A stretch of 64,000 nt of DNA from Gemmatimonadota bacterium (GTDB lineage Bacteria; Gemmatimonadota; Gemmatimonadetes; Longimicrobiales; Gaopeijiaceae). The notes under the pieces are model-generated. The model was given only the letters and a program-made list of their open reading frames with translations. It was not told where the DNA came from and searched no databases. Shown here piece after piece: positions 1 to 9,156 of the stretch (the stretch's first letter is position 1; every line of letters starts with the position of its first letter). Location: the NCBI GenBank assembly GCA_034521595.1, contig JAXHMG010000003.1:3039006-3103005 (forward strand), written 5' to 3'. Position numbers and translations under genes: made by a program.

Positions 1-1
1 G

Positions 2-148
2 GGCCGCATCGGGGTCGCGCGCGTCGCGCCCTTCGAGACGGTTCCTTTTCCGCCGCCGTGGTGGCATCATGACGGACGAGGACCGCTCAACGACCTCGTT
101 CGCTGGGTCGATCTCGAAGGGGGCGGAGTCGGATTCGATGGCGATTAA
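2..148 (+). CDS. 3' end of acyl-CoA reductase (LuxC-like), truncated by window start
   Basis: Manual translation of frame 2: GRIGVARVAPFETVPFPPPWWHHDGRGPLNDLVRWVDLEG, stop TAA 146-148; PPxWxHDG..L..LVRWVD resembles LuxC-family C-termini. Confidence 0.5.
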   Translation, partial: GRIGVARVAPFETVPFPPPWWHHDGRGPLNDLVRWVDLEGGGVGFDGD

Positions 149-339
149 TCCTCTTCGGGTTGCTGCTCCGCCCTCCACACGACCATCTGCCGGCCACCGT
201 TCGGGTTTTCCTCGACTCGGACCGTAAGTGAGTCCCCTTCATCGATTCCCAGGTCGTCGCGCATATCCAGTGGAATCGTGATCCGGCCGCCCACGCCGAC
301 AGTAACGTCCGTGTAGTAGAGCGTCCGATAGATTGCCAT
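145..339 (-). CDS. AbrB/MazE/SpoVT-family DNA-binding protein
   Basis: VGVGGRITIPLDMRDDLGIDEGDSL motif; GAGGAGG RBS before ATG at 339. Confidence 0.8.
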   Translation of the reverse strand: MAIYRTLYYTDVTVGVGGRITIPLDMRDDLGIDEGDSLTVRVEENPNGGRQMVVWRAEQQPEED

Positions 340-455
340 CGAGCCTCCTCGTGTTCGCAACAGAGCCGAGTAATCTAAACAAAGTCGCATGCCTCGGGTA
401 CGGACGCCGCGCGTCCCACGCTACACGGAGCATCCCACCACACCATGACCCGTTG

Positions 456-1403
456 ATGACCGACTACGAGCTCGCCGTGCGCATGCAGGGGGTGACCAAG
501 CGCTTCGGGTCCCATAATGCCGTGTCGGACTTGGATCTGGATGTTCCGGCGGGGTCCATCTACGGCCTTCTCGGACCCAACGGATCCGGCAAGACGACGG
601 CGATCCGGATGATCATGGGGATCCTGCATCCGGATGTCGGGACCGTGAGCCTGTTCGGAAGTAACCCGGATCTCTCGCGGCGGGAACGGGTCGGCTACTT
701 ACCCGAAGAGCGGGGCGTCTATCGGAAGATGAAGGTCATGGATCTGCTCCTCTTTCTGGCCGAGATCCGTGGCATCTCCCGGGCCGAGGGACGCAGGCGC
801 GCCTCGGCGTGGTTGGACCGGCTCGATCTCGGGCCGTGGGCCGAGCGGCGGGTCGAGGATCTCTCCAAGGGTATGCAGCAGAAGGTCCAGTTCGTGGGCA
901 CCGTCATACACGAGCCGCGCCTCCTGATTCTCGACGAGCCCTTCAGCGGGCTCGACCCGATCAACCAGGACGTGCTCGAAGGCATCGTGCGGGAGCTGAG
1001 CCGAGCGGGCGTCACGATCCTCCTGTCCACGCACCTCATGGACCAGGCCGAGCGCCTGTGTGAGCGTGTCTGCTTGATCTCCAAGTCCCACAAGGTCTTG
1101 GATGACGACCTGCGCGCACTCAAGGCACGGGAGCGCCGGGGCGTCGTCGCCGTCGAGTTCACCGGACCCGACCGCTGGCTCGAGCGGCCGGAGATCGAGG
1201 CCGTGGAGTGGGTGGAGGGCACGCTCCACCTGGTCCTCTCCGATCCGGACGCCCACCAGTCCGTGTTGCGCGGGGCCATGGCCGACGGCGCGGAGATTCT
1301 GAGGTTCGATCTGGTCGAGCCCCGCCTCCACGAGATCTTCCTGCGGCACGTGGGAGCCGAGGGCCCCAGGCCGGCCGAGTCCGACCCGGGACGGGTCGCG
1401 TGA
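456..1403 (+). CDS. ABC-2 type exporter ATP-binding subunit (NatA/DUF4162-like)
   Basis: Walker A GPNGSGKT, signature LSKGMQQK, Walker B LILDEP, H-loop STH. Confidence 0.92.
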   Translation: MTDYELAVRMQGVTKRFGSHNAVSDLDLDVPAGSIYGLLGPNGSGKTTAIRMIMGILHPDVGTVSLFGSNPDLSRRERVGYLPEERGVYRKMKVMDLLLFLAEIRGISRAEGRRRASAWLDRLDLGPWAERRVEDLSKGMQQKVQFVGTVIHEPRLLILDEPFSGLDPINQDVLEGIVRELSRAGVTILLSTHLMDQAERLCERVCLISKSHKVLDDDLRALKARERRGVVAVEFTGPDRWLERPEIEAVEWVEGTLHLVLSDPDAHQSVLRGAMADGAEILRFDLVEPRLHEIFLRHVGAEGPRPAESDPGRVA

Positions 1404-2665
1404 GCGCGCGCAACGTCTGGGCGGTCGTGCGCCGCGAGTACCTGCAGCGGGTGCGGTCGCGTTGGTTCGTCGTCTCGACCGTGGGGGGGCCCGTCCTGCT
1501 CTTCGCCGTGCTCGCCGTCCCCGCCTGGTTCGCGACCTCGTCCGACGAGCCGGGACCACGCATCGCCGTGGTGGACGGGACCGACGCCCTCTACGAGCGC
1601 GTGGCCGACGACTTCACGGAGGCGGGCTACACGGTGGAGGAGGTCCGTTGGCGGAATACCGTGGTCGACACCCTCCGCCGCCGTGCCGCCGAGGGCGAGA
1701 TCGGCGGATTCGTCATGCTCGACCAGTTCACCCTCCAGTCCGGGGACGCGGTCCTCTACGTGAACCGACGTCCGACCGGACTGCAGCGAGCTGCCCTGCG
1801 CTCGGCGATCGTCCGCGCGGCCCTGGAGGTTCAACTCGAGCAACAGGGGGTCGACGTCGAAGCGATGCTCGCCGGTGGCGCGCTGGACGTGCAGATGCTT
1901 TCCCCGGAGAGCGCGCGCGAAGGCGAGCCGCGCTTCCTGATCGCCTACGTGGGCGCCTTCCTTCTCTACATGGTCATCCTCCTCCACGCCGTAGCCGTGA
2001 TGCGGGCCACGTTGGAGGAGAAGACCAGCCGCATCGTCGAGGTCATCATCTCGGCCATGGAGCCGTGGCACCTCATGTTGGGCAAGGTGCTCGGGGTGGG
2101 GGCGGTCGCGTTGACGCAGCTTCTCGCGTGGACGCTGACCGGCGCCCTGATCGTTGTGAGCGGCCTTCCCACGTTCGTGGCCGGCGGCGGGTTGCCCCCG
2201 GCCGAGCCGGGGACGGGTGGGGTGGACCTGATGTCCGCGCTTCCCGGTCCCACCCTCCTCGCGCTCTTCGGCGGGTATTTCGTCTTCGGCTTCTTCATCT
2301 ATTCGGGACTCTACGCCGCGGTCGGGGCCATGTGCAGCAGCGACGACGAGGCGCAGCAGGCGCAGCTGCCGCTGGTGATGTTCTTGATCGTCCCGATCGT
2401 GTTCGTCCTCCACGTCATCGAGAACCCTGGCGCGCCCCTGTCGGTCGCGCTGTCGCACTTCCCGCTCTTCACGCCCATCCTGATGTGGGCGCGCATCGCG
2501 GGCGGAGCGGTCCCCGCCTGGGAGATCGCCGTCTCTTTCGTTGTGATGGCCGCGGCGATCGTGGCCATCGCCTGGGTGGCCGGCCGCATCTACAAGGTCG
2601 GGATCCTCATGACGGGAAAGCGTCCGACGCTGGGTGAGCTGTGGCGGTGGGTGCGCGAAGCCTGA
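1400..2665 (+). CDS. ABC-2 type exporter permease (NatB-like)
   Basis: GTGA overlap with ATPase; REY..RVR start, EEKTSRIVEVIIS and GKVLG motifs, multiple TM helices. Confidence 0.9.
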   Translation: MSARNVWAVVRREYLQRVRSRWFVVSTVGGPVLLFAVLAVPAWFATSSDEPGPRIAVVDGTDALYERVADDFTEAGYTVEEVRWRNTVVDTLRRRAAEGEIGGFVMLDQFTLQSGDAVLYVNRRPTGLQRAALRSAIVRAALEVQLEQQGVDVEAMLAGGALDVQMLSPESAREGEPRFLIAYVGAFLLYMVILLHAVAVMRATLEEKTSRIVEVIISAMEPWHLMLGKVLGVGAVALTQLLAWTLTGALIVVSGLPTFVAGGGLPPAEPGTGGVDLMSALPGPTLLALFGGYFVFGFFIYSGLYAAVGAMCSSDDEAQQAQLPLVMFLIVPIVFVLHVIENPGAPLSVALSHFPLFTPILMWARIAGGAVPAWEIAVSFVVMAAAIVAIAWVAGRIYKVGILMTGKRPTLGELWRWVREA

Positions 2666-2685
2666 CCGGCGGGGCGCCCGCCCGG

Positions 2686-3183
2686 TCAGGGACCGCGTGC
2701 GTCCGCGGGATGTCGGACGGGAACGGTCAGCGTCACATCGGACGCCTTGGCGAGCTCGAACGTGACTTCGATGCTGTCGCCGGCCACGGGGCGCCTGACG
2801 AGCGTCTCCAGCATCCCGTGGAGGGAGCCGGGCGCGAGGTGGACCGGACTCCCGGGTGGTAGCTCGATCGCGTCCAGAGGGCGCATGCGCATGAGCCCCT
2901 CCTCTCGGGTCATCTCGTGAAGCGAGGCGTCACGCGCTACCGGGGACGCCACCGCGGCCAGGGTGTCGGGCGTCGAGGCGTGGTTCACCAGGGTGGCGTA
3001 GAGCCCGAGCCGGTCGGTGCCGAGGGGATCCAGGGCGAACGCGTCCGAGACCGTGACCGTCGGCGGGGTTCCTTCGCCCTCCGGCGTGCACGCACCGGCG
3101 ACCAAGGAGCACGCGATCACGAGGAGCCCCATGGACCGCCCGGCCACGGCCGCCGGTCCGTTTACCACGCCGGGTCCGTTCAC
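2686..3183 (-). CDS. Copper chaperone PCu(A)C family lipoprotein
   Basis: LHEM..EGLMRM..LAPGSLHGML metal motif; lipobox VAGAC; start overlaps SCO stop. Confidence 0.85.
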   Translation of the reverse strand: MNGPGVVNGPAAVAGRSMGLLVIACSLVAGACTPEGEGTPPTVTVSDAFALDPLGTDRLGLYATLVNHASTPDTLAAVASPVARDASLHEMTREEGLMRMRPLDAIELPPGSPVHLAPGSLHGMLETLVRRPVAGDSIEVTFELAKASDVTLTVPVRHPADARGP

Positions 3184-3815
3184 CAGTCGTGCGCGAGGAG
3201 GGTGCGAAGATCCGCGGCGATGGCGTCCGGGGTCGCGGAGCCTTCGTGGTAGCCGAAGCGCCCCAGAAGCTCCGGGGTGAACACGAACAGAACGTCCGGG
3301 TGCGCGACCTCGTACCATCCGGAGTCGGGCCGCTCCTGGTCGGGCAGGACGTAGCCGAGCTGCTCCGCCGCGTCGTCGACCTCCTCCTGCGTGCCGGTCA
3401 GGCCCACGAAGGTGGAATCCATGCTGCCGAGCCACTCCCCGACCCGGTCCGGCGAATCACGCGCCGGATCGAGGGTCACGAAGACGGGCAGCACTCGGGC
3501 GCGCTCCTCCGGCTCGAGCCGAGACAGCGCGCGTGCCACGCTCGACATCGTGATCGGGCAGACGTCGGGGCAGTGCGTGTACCCGAAGTAGAGCAGGGTG
3601 ACCTTGCCGCTCGCCTCGGCGCGTAGCTCGAATGGCTCGCCGTGCTGGTTCGTGAGCGTGACGACCGGCATGTCGCGTGGCTGCCTGAACTGCGTGGCGG
3701 AGATGTTCTCCGTCACGCTCGCGAGCTGGCTCCCCTCTTCGGGAGGCGCGCACGTCGCCAGCGCCAGCCAGGCTCCGGTGAGCGCGAAGAACGAAGTCAG
3801 CCGCCGCGTTCGCAC
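3180..3815 (-). CDS. SCO1/SenC family copper-binding lipoprotein
   Basis: YFGYTHCPDVCP (CxxxC), TLDPARD, distal His YEVAH. Confidence 0.92.
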   Translation of the reverse strand: MRTRRLTSFFALTGAWLALATCAPPEEGSQLASVTENISATQFRQPRDMPVVTLTNQHGEPFELRAEASGKVTLLYFGYTHCPDVCPITMSSVARALSRLEPEERARVLPVFVTLDPARDSPDRVGEWLGSMDSTFVGLTGTQEEVDDAAEQLGYVLPDQERPDSGWYEVAHPDVLFVFTPELLGRFGYHEGSATPDAIAADLRTLLAHDW

Positions 3816-3819
3816 GGGA

Positions 3820-4131
3820 TTACTCCGCTCCGTCCGCGTTCTCGGGGAGGCACGACCTCAAGAGACCCTGCAGGTGCCTGGTGTCGAAGGTGCGCGCCTT
3901 GGCCACCGCCTCCTCGTAGCTGTCCTCGATGATGATCACGGTGGTCCGAGCGGCCAGCCCCGGAGCCTCGTCGGCCGGGTCGAACCGGAGCCGCCCCCGA
4001 TAGGACGTCGGCCGATGGGGATCGTCGTCGAACTCCAGATAGGCTTCCCAGATGCGGCCTTCGTGCGTGAGGGTCGCCACGTGCAAGCCGGGCACGGAGC
4101 CGGAGGAGGATTCGTGAGGTCCGGAAGTCAT
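3820..4131 (-). CDS. Hypothetical protein
   Basis: Compact ORF with coding-like composition between transglutaminase and SCO genes; ends LLRSCLP. Confidence 0.6.
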   Translation of the reverse strand: MTSGPHESSSGSVPGLHVATLTHEGRIWEAYLEFDDDPHRPTSYRGRLRFDPADEAPGLAARTTVIIIEDSYEEAVAKARTFDTRHLQGLLRSCLPENADGAE

Positions 4132-4132
4132 G

Positions 4133-6206
4133 TCAGGACGATACGCCTTCGCGGGCTTCGCGTACACCCGTCGCCGACGGCCGGAACGTGCGGTGCCGGA
4201 GGCCCGCCCGGGCACCCGAGAGCGCGTCCCGCATCTCCCGCAACTCGGGGGCGTTGAGCGCCTCGCCGCCCCATCGTGCGCGCAGGTACAGCTCGACGAT
4301 GCGCTCGGCCGGTCCGGCGGCGTCCGGCCGCTCCGTCCTGACCCGCGCGAGGAGCTCGGTGGGGGTCACGCTCGGGGTCACTTCGAGACCCGCTCGAGCG
4401 CACGCTCGGCGCAGCTTCGCATAGAGTCGCGTCGAAGCCTCCACCGTCCGGTCGCGACGTCGCAGCAGCAGCCATCCGACGACGGCGGCGGCGAGAATCA
4501 GGATGGGAAGCAGGTAGCGGCGCATCCCCCCCTCGGCGCTCGCGGCGTTTCCGGCATCCGCTCGGTCCCGGGTTCCGGTGAGGATGCCCGACCAGCGTGA
4601 CAGAAGGCCCGACTGGTCGTCGCTCCCGTAGTCGAGCACCCACTTGCTCCAGCGGTGCTGGACCCCGTCGAAGAGGATGCGTCCCGGCCAGAACCACGAG
4701 CTCGTCGCGGTTCCCGATCCGTCGTCCGCGGGGGTGGGATCGAACGTCACCCACCCGTACTGGGGAAACCAGACCTCGACCCAGGAATGCGCCTCGTTCT
4801 GCGTCACGACGAGATAGTTGCCGAACTCGGTCCACTCTCCTCCCAGGAAGCCGTTGACGTTCCGCGCCTGGATGCCCGCCGCGCGGAGGAGGACCACCAT
4901 CGCGGTGCTGAAGTACTCGCAGTGTCCCGCCTGACGCTCGAACAGGAAGTGCTCGAGCGAGGTTTCGGACGCCGAAGCCCGGGAGCTGGCGGGTGTAGTC
5001 GAACGTCCGGAGCCACTGCTCGATGGCGCGCGCCCGGTCGTAACGGGTCTCATGCCCTTCGGTGAGCGAGTCGGCGAGCGCCTGGATCCGGGGGTCGAGC
5101 TCCGGAAGCTGGAGAAAGTACCGGTCGGACGGGCTGAAGCCCCCGTCGACGGCCCGTAGCGTTTCCGGCGAGGGGGGAAGTGACGCCGAGCGCGCCGTGT
5201 AGGTGGGTGATCCCGAGCCCCAATACACGAAGTCGCCCGCGTTGTCGACGAGCGGCTGCACGCCGTTGTCCGCTTCGACGCTGAGGGTGGGGTGGAGGGC
5301 GAACAGGACGCGGCTGTCGAGGGGCGCGCCGTAGATCCGCTGCTCCACGACCGGGCCTTGCCAGCGCTCGCGATACCAGCTTCGCGGTGCGGACGCGGGA
5401 GGAAGCGCGTCCGAGCGGGTCCAGCGAACCCCGTCGAAGTGGTCGTACGACCGCCCGCGCCACCGGAGGTTCCCCACGTTCGCCGGAGCGCCGTCCGGAA
5501 ACTCGACGCGGAGCACGATCTCGGGATTTCCCAGGATGGTCGATCCGTGTTGCCCGATCGAGACTTCATCGCTGAATCCGGCCATGGACGAGGCGAAGGT
5601 CTCACCCCGTCCCGAAAAGCCCTGGGATACACGGGGGAACGTCAGGAACACGAGCCCGGCCACGAAGAGGACCGCGACCGAGAGCATGGCCGTGGTCGTG
5701 AGGAGGCCCCGCCCCAGCGGCACCTGCCGCACGCCGTGCCGCTCCGCTCCACGGCGCAGGTGTCCCACCATGAGCGCGACCGTGGCCAGGCCGACGTAAG
5801 CCACGAATCCGACCAGGAAGAGGACGCCCGGCCGGTACGCCGTCGCGGCCAGGATCAGCGCGAACGACAGGGCGTAGAGGCGCAGATCGTTGGGTGCTTC
5901 GAGCGCTCGGAGCGACTCGGCGGCCATGAGGAGCAGGAGCAGGTCGACCACGGGGATGACCACGTCGTCCTGGATCACGAAGACGTGCACTAGCGCGCGG
6001 GCCACCAGGAGGGTGGCCAGCGGAAGCCAGAGCCGCTCCAGGCGCGCCGACCACACGGGGTCGGGGTGCCACACGAGGCTGGTGACGAGCGCGACGAGCG
6101 CCAACGCGGCCGTGAAGGGCTCGAATCCCGCGCCGCCGGAGAAGGCGAGCAAGCCGGCCATCCCCATGAGAACCGCCAGGCGGCGGTGGAGCAGCCGCAG
6201 GTTCAT
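4133..6206 (-). CDS. Transglutaminase TgpA-like membrane protein (DUF3488 + transglutaminase core), one frameshift near 4980
   Basis: N-half in ORF 4128..6440 (TM region, WRGRSYDHFDG), C-half in ORF 4133..5632 (GHCEYFS, AHSWVEV, FDPT triad); extra G near 4980 joins frames. Confidence 0.85.
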
Positions 6207-7285
6207 GCTGCTACCTCCGCCGGCCCGACCCGGAGCGTGTCGCTGAAGCCGCTGGCGCCTCGCAGCGTCACGAGCACGCAGCTCGCCCGTCCGGCCGGAG
6301 GCTCCGGCACCTCGGCATCCGCGGAGAAGTCGATCCGGGCCAGAAGGTCGAGGGCGCGCTCGAGCGTGCCGACGTCGCTCGCGGGCCCGACCACGCCCTC
6401 CGTGGTCACCAGGCCAAAGGGACGCCGCTCGGCGACGCACCGGGCCGCGAGCGTCGCCGCGATCTCGACGGCCTGTTCGGCGGCTTCACCCTCCTCGCCC
6501 CGTGTGTCGAGGCAGATCCAGCGCGTCTCGGCCGCTCCCCGCTCGTACTCCCGGACGACCGGATACTGCAGCCGGGCCGACGACTTCCAGTGGATATCGC
6601 GCGGATCGTCTCCGGTGCGGTAGCCGCGCAAGCTCCGGTACTCGCCCCGTGCGCCGCGTGCGCCCCGCGACGCTCCGCCTCCGTGTGGGGCGCGGCCGCT
6701 CCCGGGCGCGGGGTCGCGGACGGCGGCGTCCCTTCTCGGCCACACCACGATCTCCGCCGGCATGTCGAGGTCGCGTTCCTTGCGGAAGAGGCCGAACGGG
6801 AAGGATGTCGAGAGCGTGAGGGTGCGGAGCGGATAGACGCCTCGACGGACGAAGCCGTTCGTCGAGCGGACCGTGGCGCTCCCGCCCGCCGGGACGTGCG
6901 ACAGGAACGCCGGCTCCGGGAGGCCCTCCTCGACGAGCTCCACGGCCAGGGTGGGGAGACGCCGCTTGCGGTTGCGCACATGGTAGGTCAGCACGACGTC
7001 GGCCCCGACCGTGACGGCCCGGGGAACCTGGCGCTCGATCTCCAACGACCGGATCGTTTGCTCGGAGAGCCATCCGCTGACCGCGATGAAGCCGAGCATG
7101 GCCCCCAGCAGGAGGTAGAGGAGGTTGTTCCCGGTGTTGAGCGCGGCGAGCCCGACGGCCGTGGTCCCGATGGTGAAGGCGACCCCGCCGGCGGTGAAGT
7201 GGATGCGGCGCCACGCCCGGAGCCGCGCGAGGAGCGAGCGCGTCCCCTCCAAGGCTCGTCGCGGGAGATCCGCCGCGGAGCTCAC
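6203..7285 (-). CDS. DUF58 family protein
   Basis: LAALNTGNNLLYLL, FPFGLF, LRGYRTGDDPRDIHWKSSAR motifs; coupled to MoxR stop. Confidence 0.88.
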   Translation of the reverse strand: MSSAADLPRRALEGTRSLLARLRAWRRIHFTAGGVAFTIGTTAVGLAALNTGNNLLYLLLGAMLGFIAVSGWLSEQTIRSLEIERQVPRAVTVGADVVLTYHVRNRKRRLPTLAVELVEEGLPEPAFLSHVPAGGSATVRSTNGFVRRGVYPLRTLTLSTSFPFGLFRKERDLDMPAEIVVWPRRDAAVRDPAPGSGRAPHGGGASRGARGARGEYRSLRGYRTGDDPRDIHWKSSARLQYPVVREYERGAAETRWICLDTRGEEGEAAEQAVEIAATLAARCVAERRPFGLVTTEGVVGPASDVGTLERALDLLARIDFSADAEVPEPPAGRASCVLVTLRGASGFSDTLRVGPAEVAA

Positions 7286-8265
7286 ACCGGAACCTCGACC
7301 TCGTCGAGAATGCCTTCGAGCACGCGCGCGGCTTCGTCGTGACCGCCCGGCGTGCCGGGCGTGCCGCCCGCCGCCATCACCCGGTGGGCGAGACAGGGCA
7401 CGACGAGGTCCCGCAGGTCGCTCGGGATGAGGTACGTGCGCCCGCGGGTCAGCGCGTACGCCCGCGCCGCCCGGTGGAGCGCGATCCCGCCGCGCGGGCT
7501 CACGCCCATGCGGAGCCGAGGGGACGTCCGCGTCCGCTGCACGATCTCCATGAGATCGTCGAGGATGGCCGCATCGACCGTGACGTCGTCGATCCGTTTC
7601 TGGAGCTGAAGCACCTGCTCCGGCGTGAGCACCGTCCGGAGGCGCTCGAGGACCGGCTGCGCGGTGGACGACTCCGAGAGGATGCGCCGCTCGGCGTCGG
7701 CGTCCGGATACCCCACGGTGATCCGCATGAGGAACCGGTCGAGCTGGCTCTCGGGGAGCGGATACGTCCCGTGGTGCTCGAGCGGGTTCTGGGTGGCCAC
7801 CACGAGGAACGGGCGCGGGAGCTCCAACGTCTCGTCGTCGATGGTCACGCGGCCTTCCTGCATCGCCTCCAGGAGCCCGCTCTGAGTCCGCGGGGGAGCC
7901 CGGTTGATCTCGTCGGCGAGCAGGACGTTGGTGAAGATGGGCCCCGGACGAACATCGAACTCGGTCGTGCGCGGATCGTACACCGACACCCCCAGGACGT
8001 CCGACGGGAGGAGGTCGGACGTGAATTGGATGCGGCGGAAGCCCAGCCCCAGCGTCTTCGCGAGGGCGTGGGAGAGCGTGGTCTTCCCGACCCCCGGAAC
8101 GTCCTCGAAGAGAACGTGGCCTCCGGCGAGTAGGGCGGCGAGCGCGAGCTGAACGACTTCCCGTTTGCCGTGGAAGACGGTCTCCACCTCTCCGACCAGG
8201 TGGTCGAGGAGCTCCAGCGAAGGACGCGTCTCCCGCGCGGGCGCCGTCGTGACGTACTCTGGCAT
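7282..8265 (-). CDS. moxR: MoxR family AAA+ ATPase
   Basis: EDVPGVGKT, RIQFTSDLLPSD, LADEINR, ATQNP, YPLPESQLDRF. Confidence 0.93.
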   Translation of the reverse strand: MPEYVTTAPARETRPSLELLDHLVGEVETVFHGKREVVQLALAALLAGGHVLFEDVPGVGKTTLSHALAKTLGLGFRRIQFTSDLLPSDVLGVSVYDPRTTEFDVRPGPIFTNVLLADEINRAPPRTQSGLLEAMQEGRVTIDDETLELPRPFLVVATQNPLEHHGTYPLPESQLDRFLMRITVGYPDADAERRILSESSTAQPVLERLRTVLTPEQVLQLQKRIDDVTVDAAILDDLMEIVQRTRTSPRLRMGVSPRGGIALHRAARAYALTRGRTYLIPSDLRDLVVPCLAHRVMAAGGTPGTPGGHDEAARVLEGILDEVEVPV

Positions 8266-8429
8266 CAACACCTTCCACTGCGAGGAGCGTGCTGCCCGGG
8301 GGTGTATCGGACCTGTCGGGTGGGGGGATCCCGCGCGGACCCGGCGGACCCTCGCGGGCCGGGTTTTCGGAGTGAAAAAGTATAACACTCACAGGGTGAA
8401 AAAGGTTCTCACGCGGGGCCCGTGCCCGC

Positions 8430-8459
8430 TTGACCCCACCCGGTGGCATGGGGTAGGTT
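8430..8459 (+). promoter_or_regulatory. Putative sigma-70 promoter of act operon
   Basis: TTGACC-N18-TAGGTT about 120 bp upstream of actA. Confidence 0.4.
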
Positions 8460-8576
8460 GATCCCGATTTTTCGGGCATGTTCCGATTCGTCACAAGCGG
8501 ATCGAATATTGAGCGGAACATCCCTCCTTGCGCCGGCTCCCTAGGCGCTTCGCTTCGTTCAGGACCTAGCCTTCGA

Positions 8577-9131
8577 ATGAAACAGCACTGGCTGATCGGC
8601 GGCCTCGCCGGCGTGTTCGCCCTCGGCGGGCTCGCGTTCGTCCAGGGAGGAGGCACCGCGGATAGTGGTGCCGAGAGCGCCGCGGAATCCTCCGTCCAGC
8701 CCATCGCGTTTCCGCATGACGTTCATGCCGGCAGCGAGGACGGACAGGCGAACATGGACTGTCAGTTCTGCCACTTCTCGGCGGAGCGTTCCGTCGACGC
8801 GGGCATCCCGTCCGTGTCGACGTGCTGGGGCTGCCACCAGGTGGTGCAGGGCCGGAACAACCCGGAGGAGGTCGCCAAGATCCAGGAGTACGTGGAAAGC
8901 GGCGAGCCGATTCCGTGGGTGCGTATCTACAAGATCTCCGACCATGCCCACTTCCCTCACATGCGGCACGTGAACGCGGACGTCTCGTGCCAGACGTGCC
9001 ACGGTGAGGTGCAGGAGATGGGCGTACTCTCCGAACGAGACCCGGCCTGGGGTGGCGACAACATGGGCTGGTGCGTCGACTGCCATCGCGAGAACGAGGC
9101 GTCCATCGATTGCGCCGTCTGCCACTATTAG
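8577..9131 (+). CDS. actA: Alternative complex III pentaheme cytochrome c subunit
   Basis: Five CxxCH motifs (CQFCH, CWGCH, CQTCH, CVDCH, CAVCH), PIPWVRIY..HFPH, N-terminal TM helix. Confidence 0.9.
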   Translation: MKQHWLIGGLAGVFALGGLAFVQGGGTADSGAESAAESSVQPIAFPHDVHAGSEDGQANMDCQFCHFSAERSVDAGIPSVSTCWGCHQVVQGRNNPEEVAKIQEYVESGEPIPWVRIYKISDHAHFPHMRHVNADVSCQTCHGEVQEMGVLSERDPAWGGDNMGWCVDCHRENEASIDCAVCHY

Positions 9132-9156
9132 CCGCCACTCGGGCCGGATACGAACC

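Noticed and set aside
719-2458. Long antisense or alternate-frame ORFs (also 17511..19622, 31834..34770, 14019..15833 and the N-terminal part of 30530..34510)
   Set aside because: Arg/Pro/Gly-rich shadow frames of recognisable genes, expected at high GC
2661-2690. Hairpin CCTGACCGG/CCGGTCAGG between convergent genes
   Set aside because: No U-tract and it overlaps both stop codons; too weak to call a terminator
3150-3186. Short tandem duplication encoding VNGPGVVNGPA
   Set aside because: Two imperfect copies only; no evidence of function
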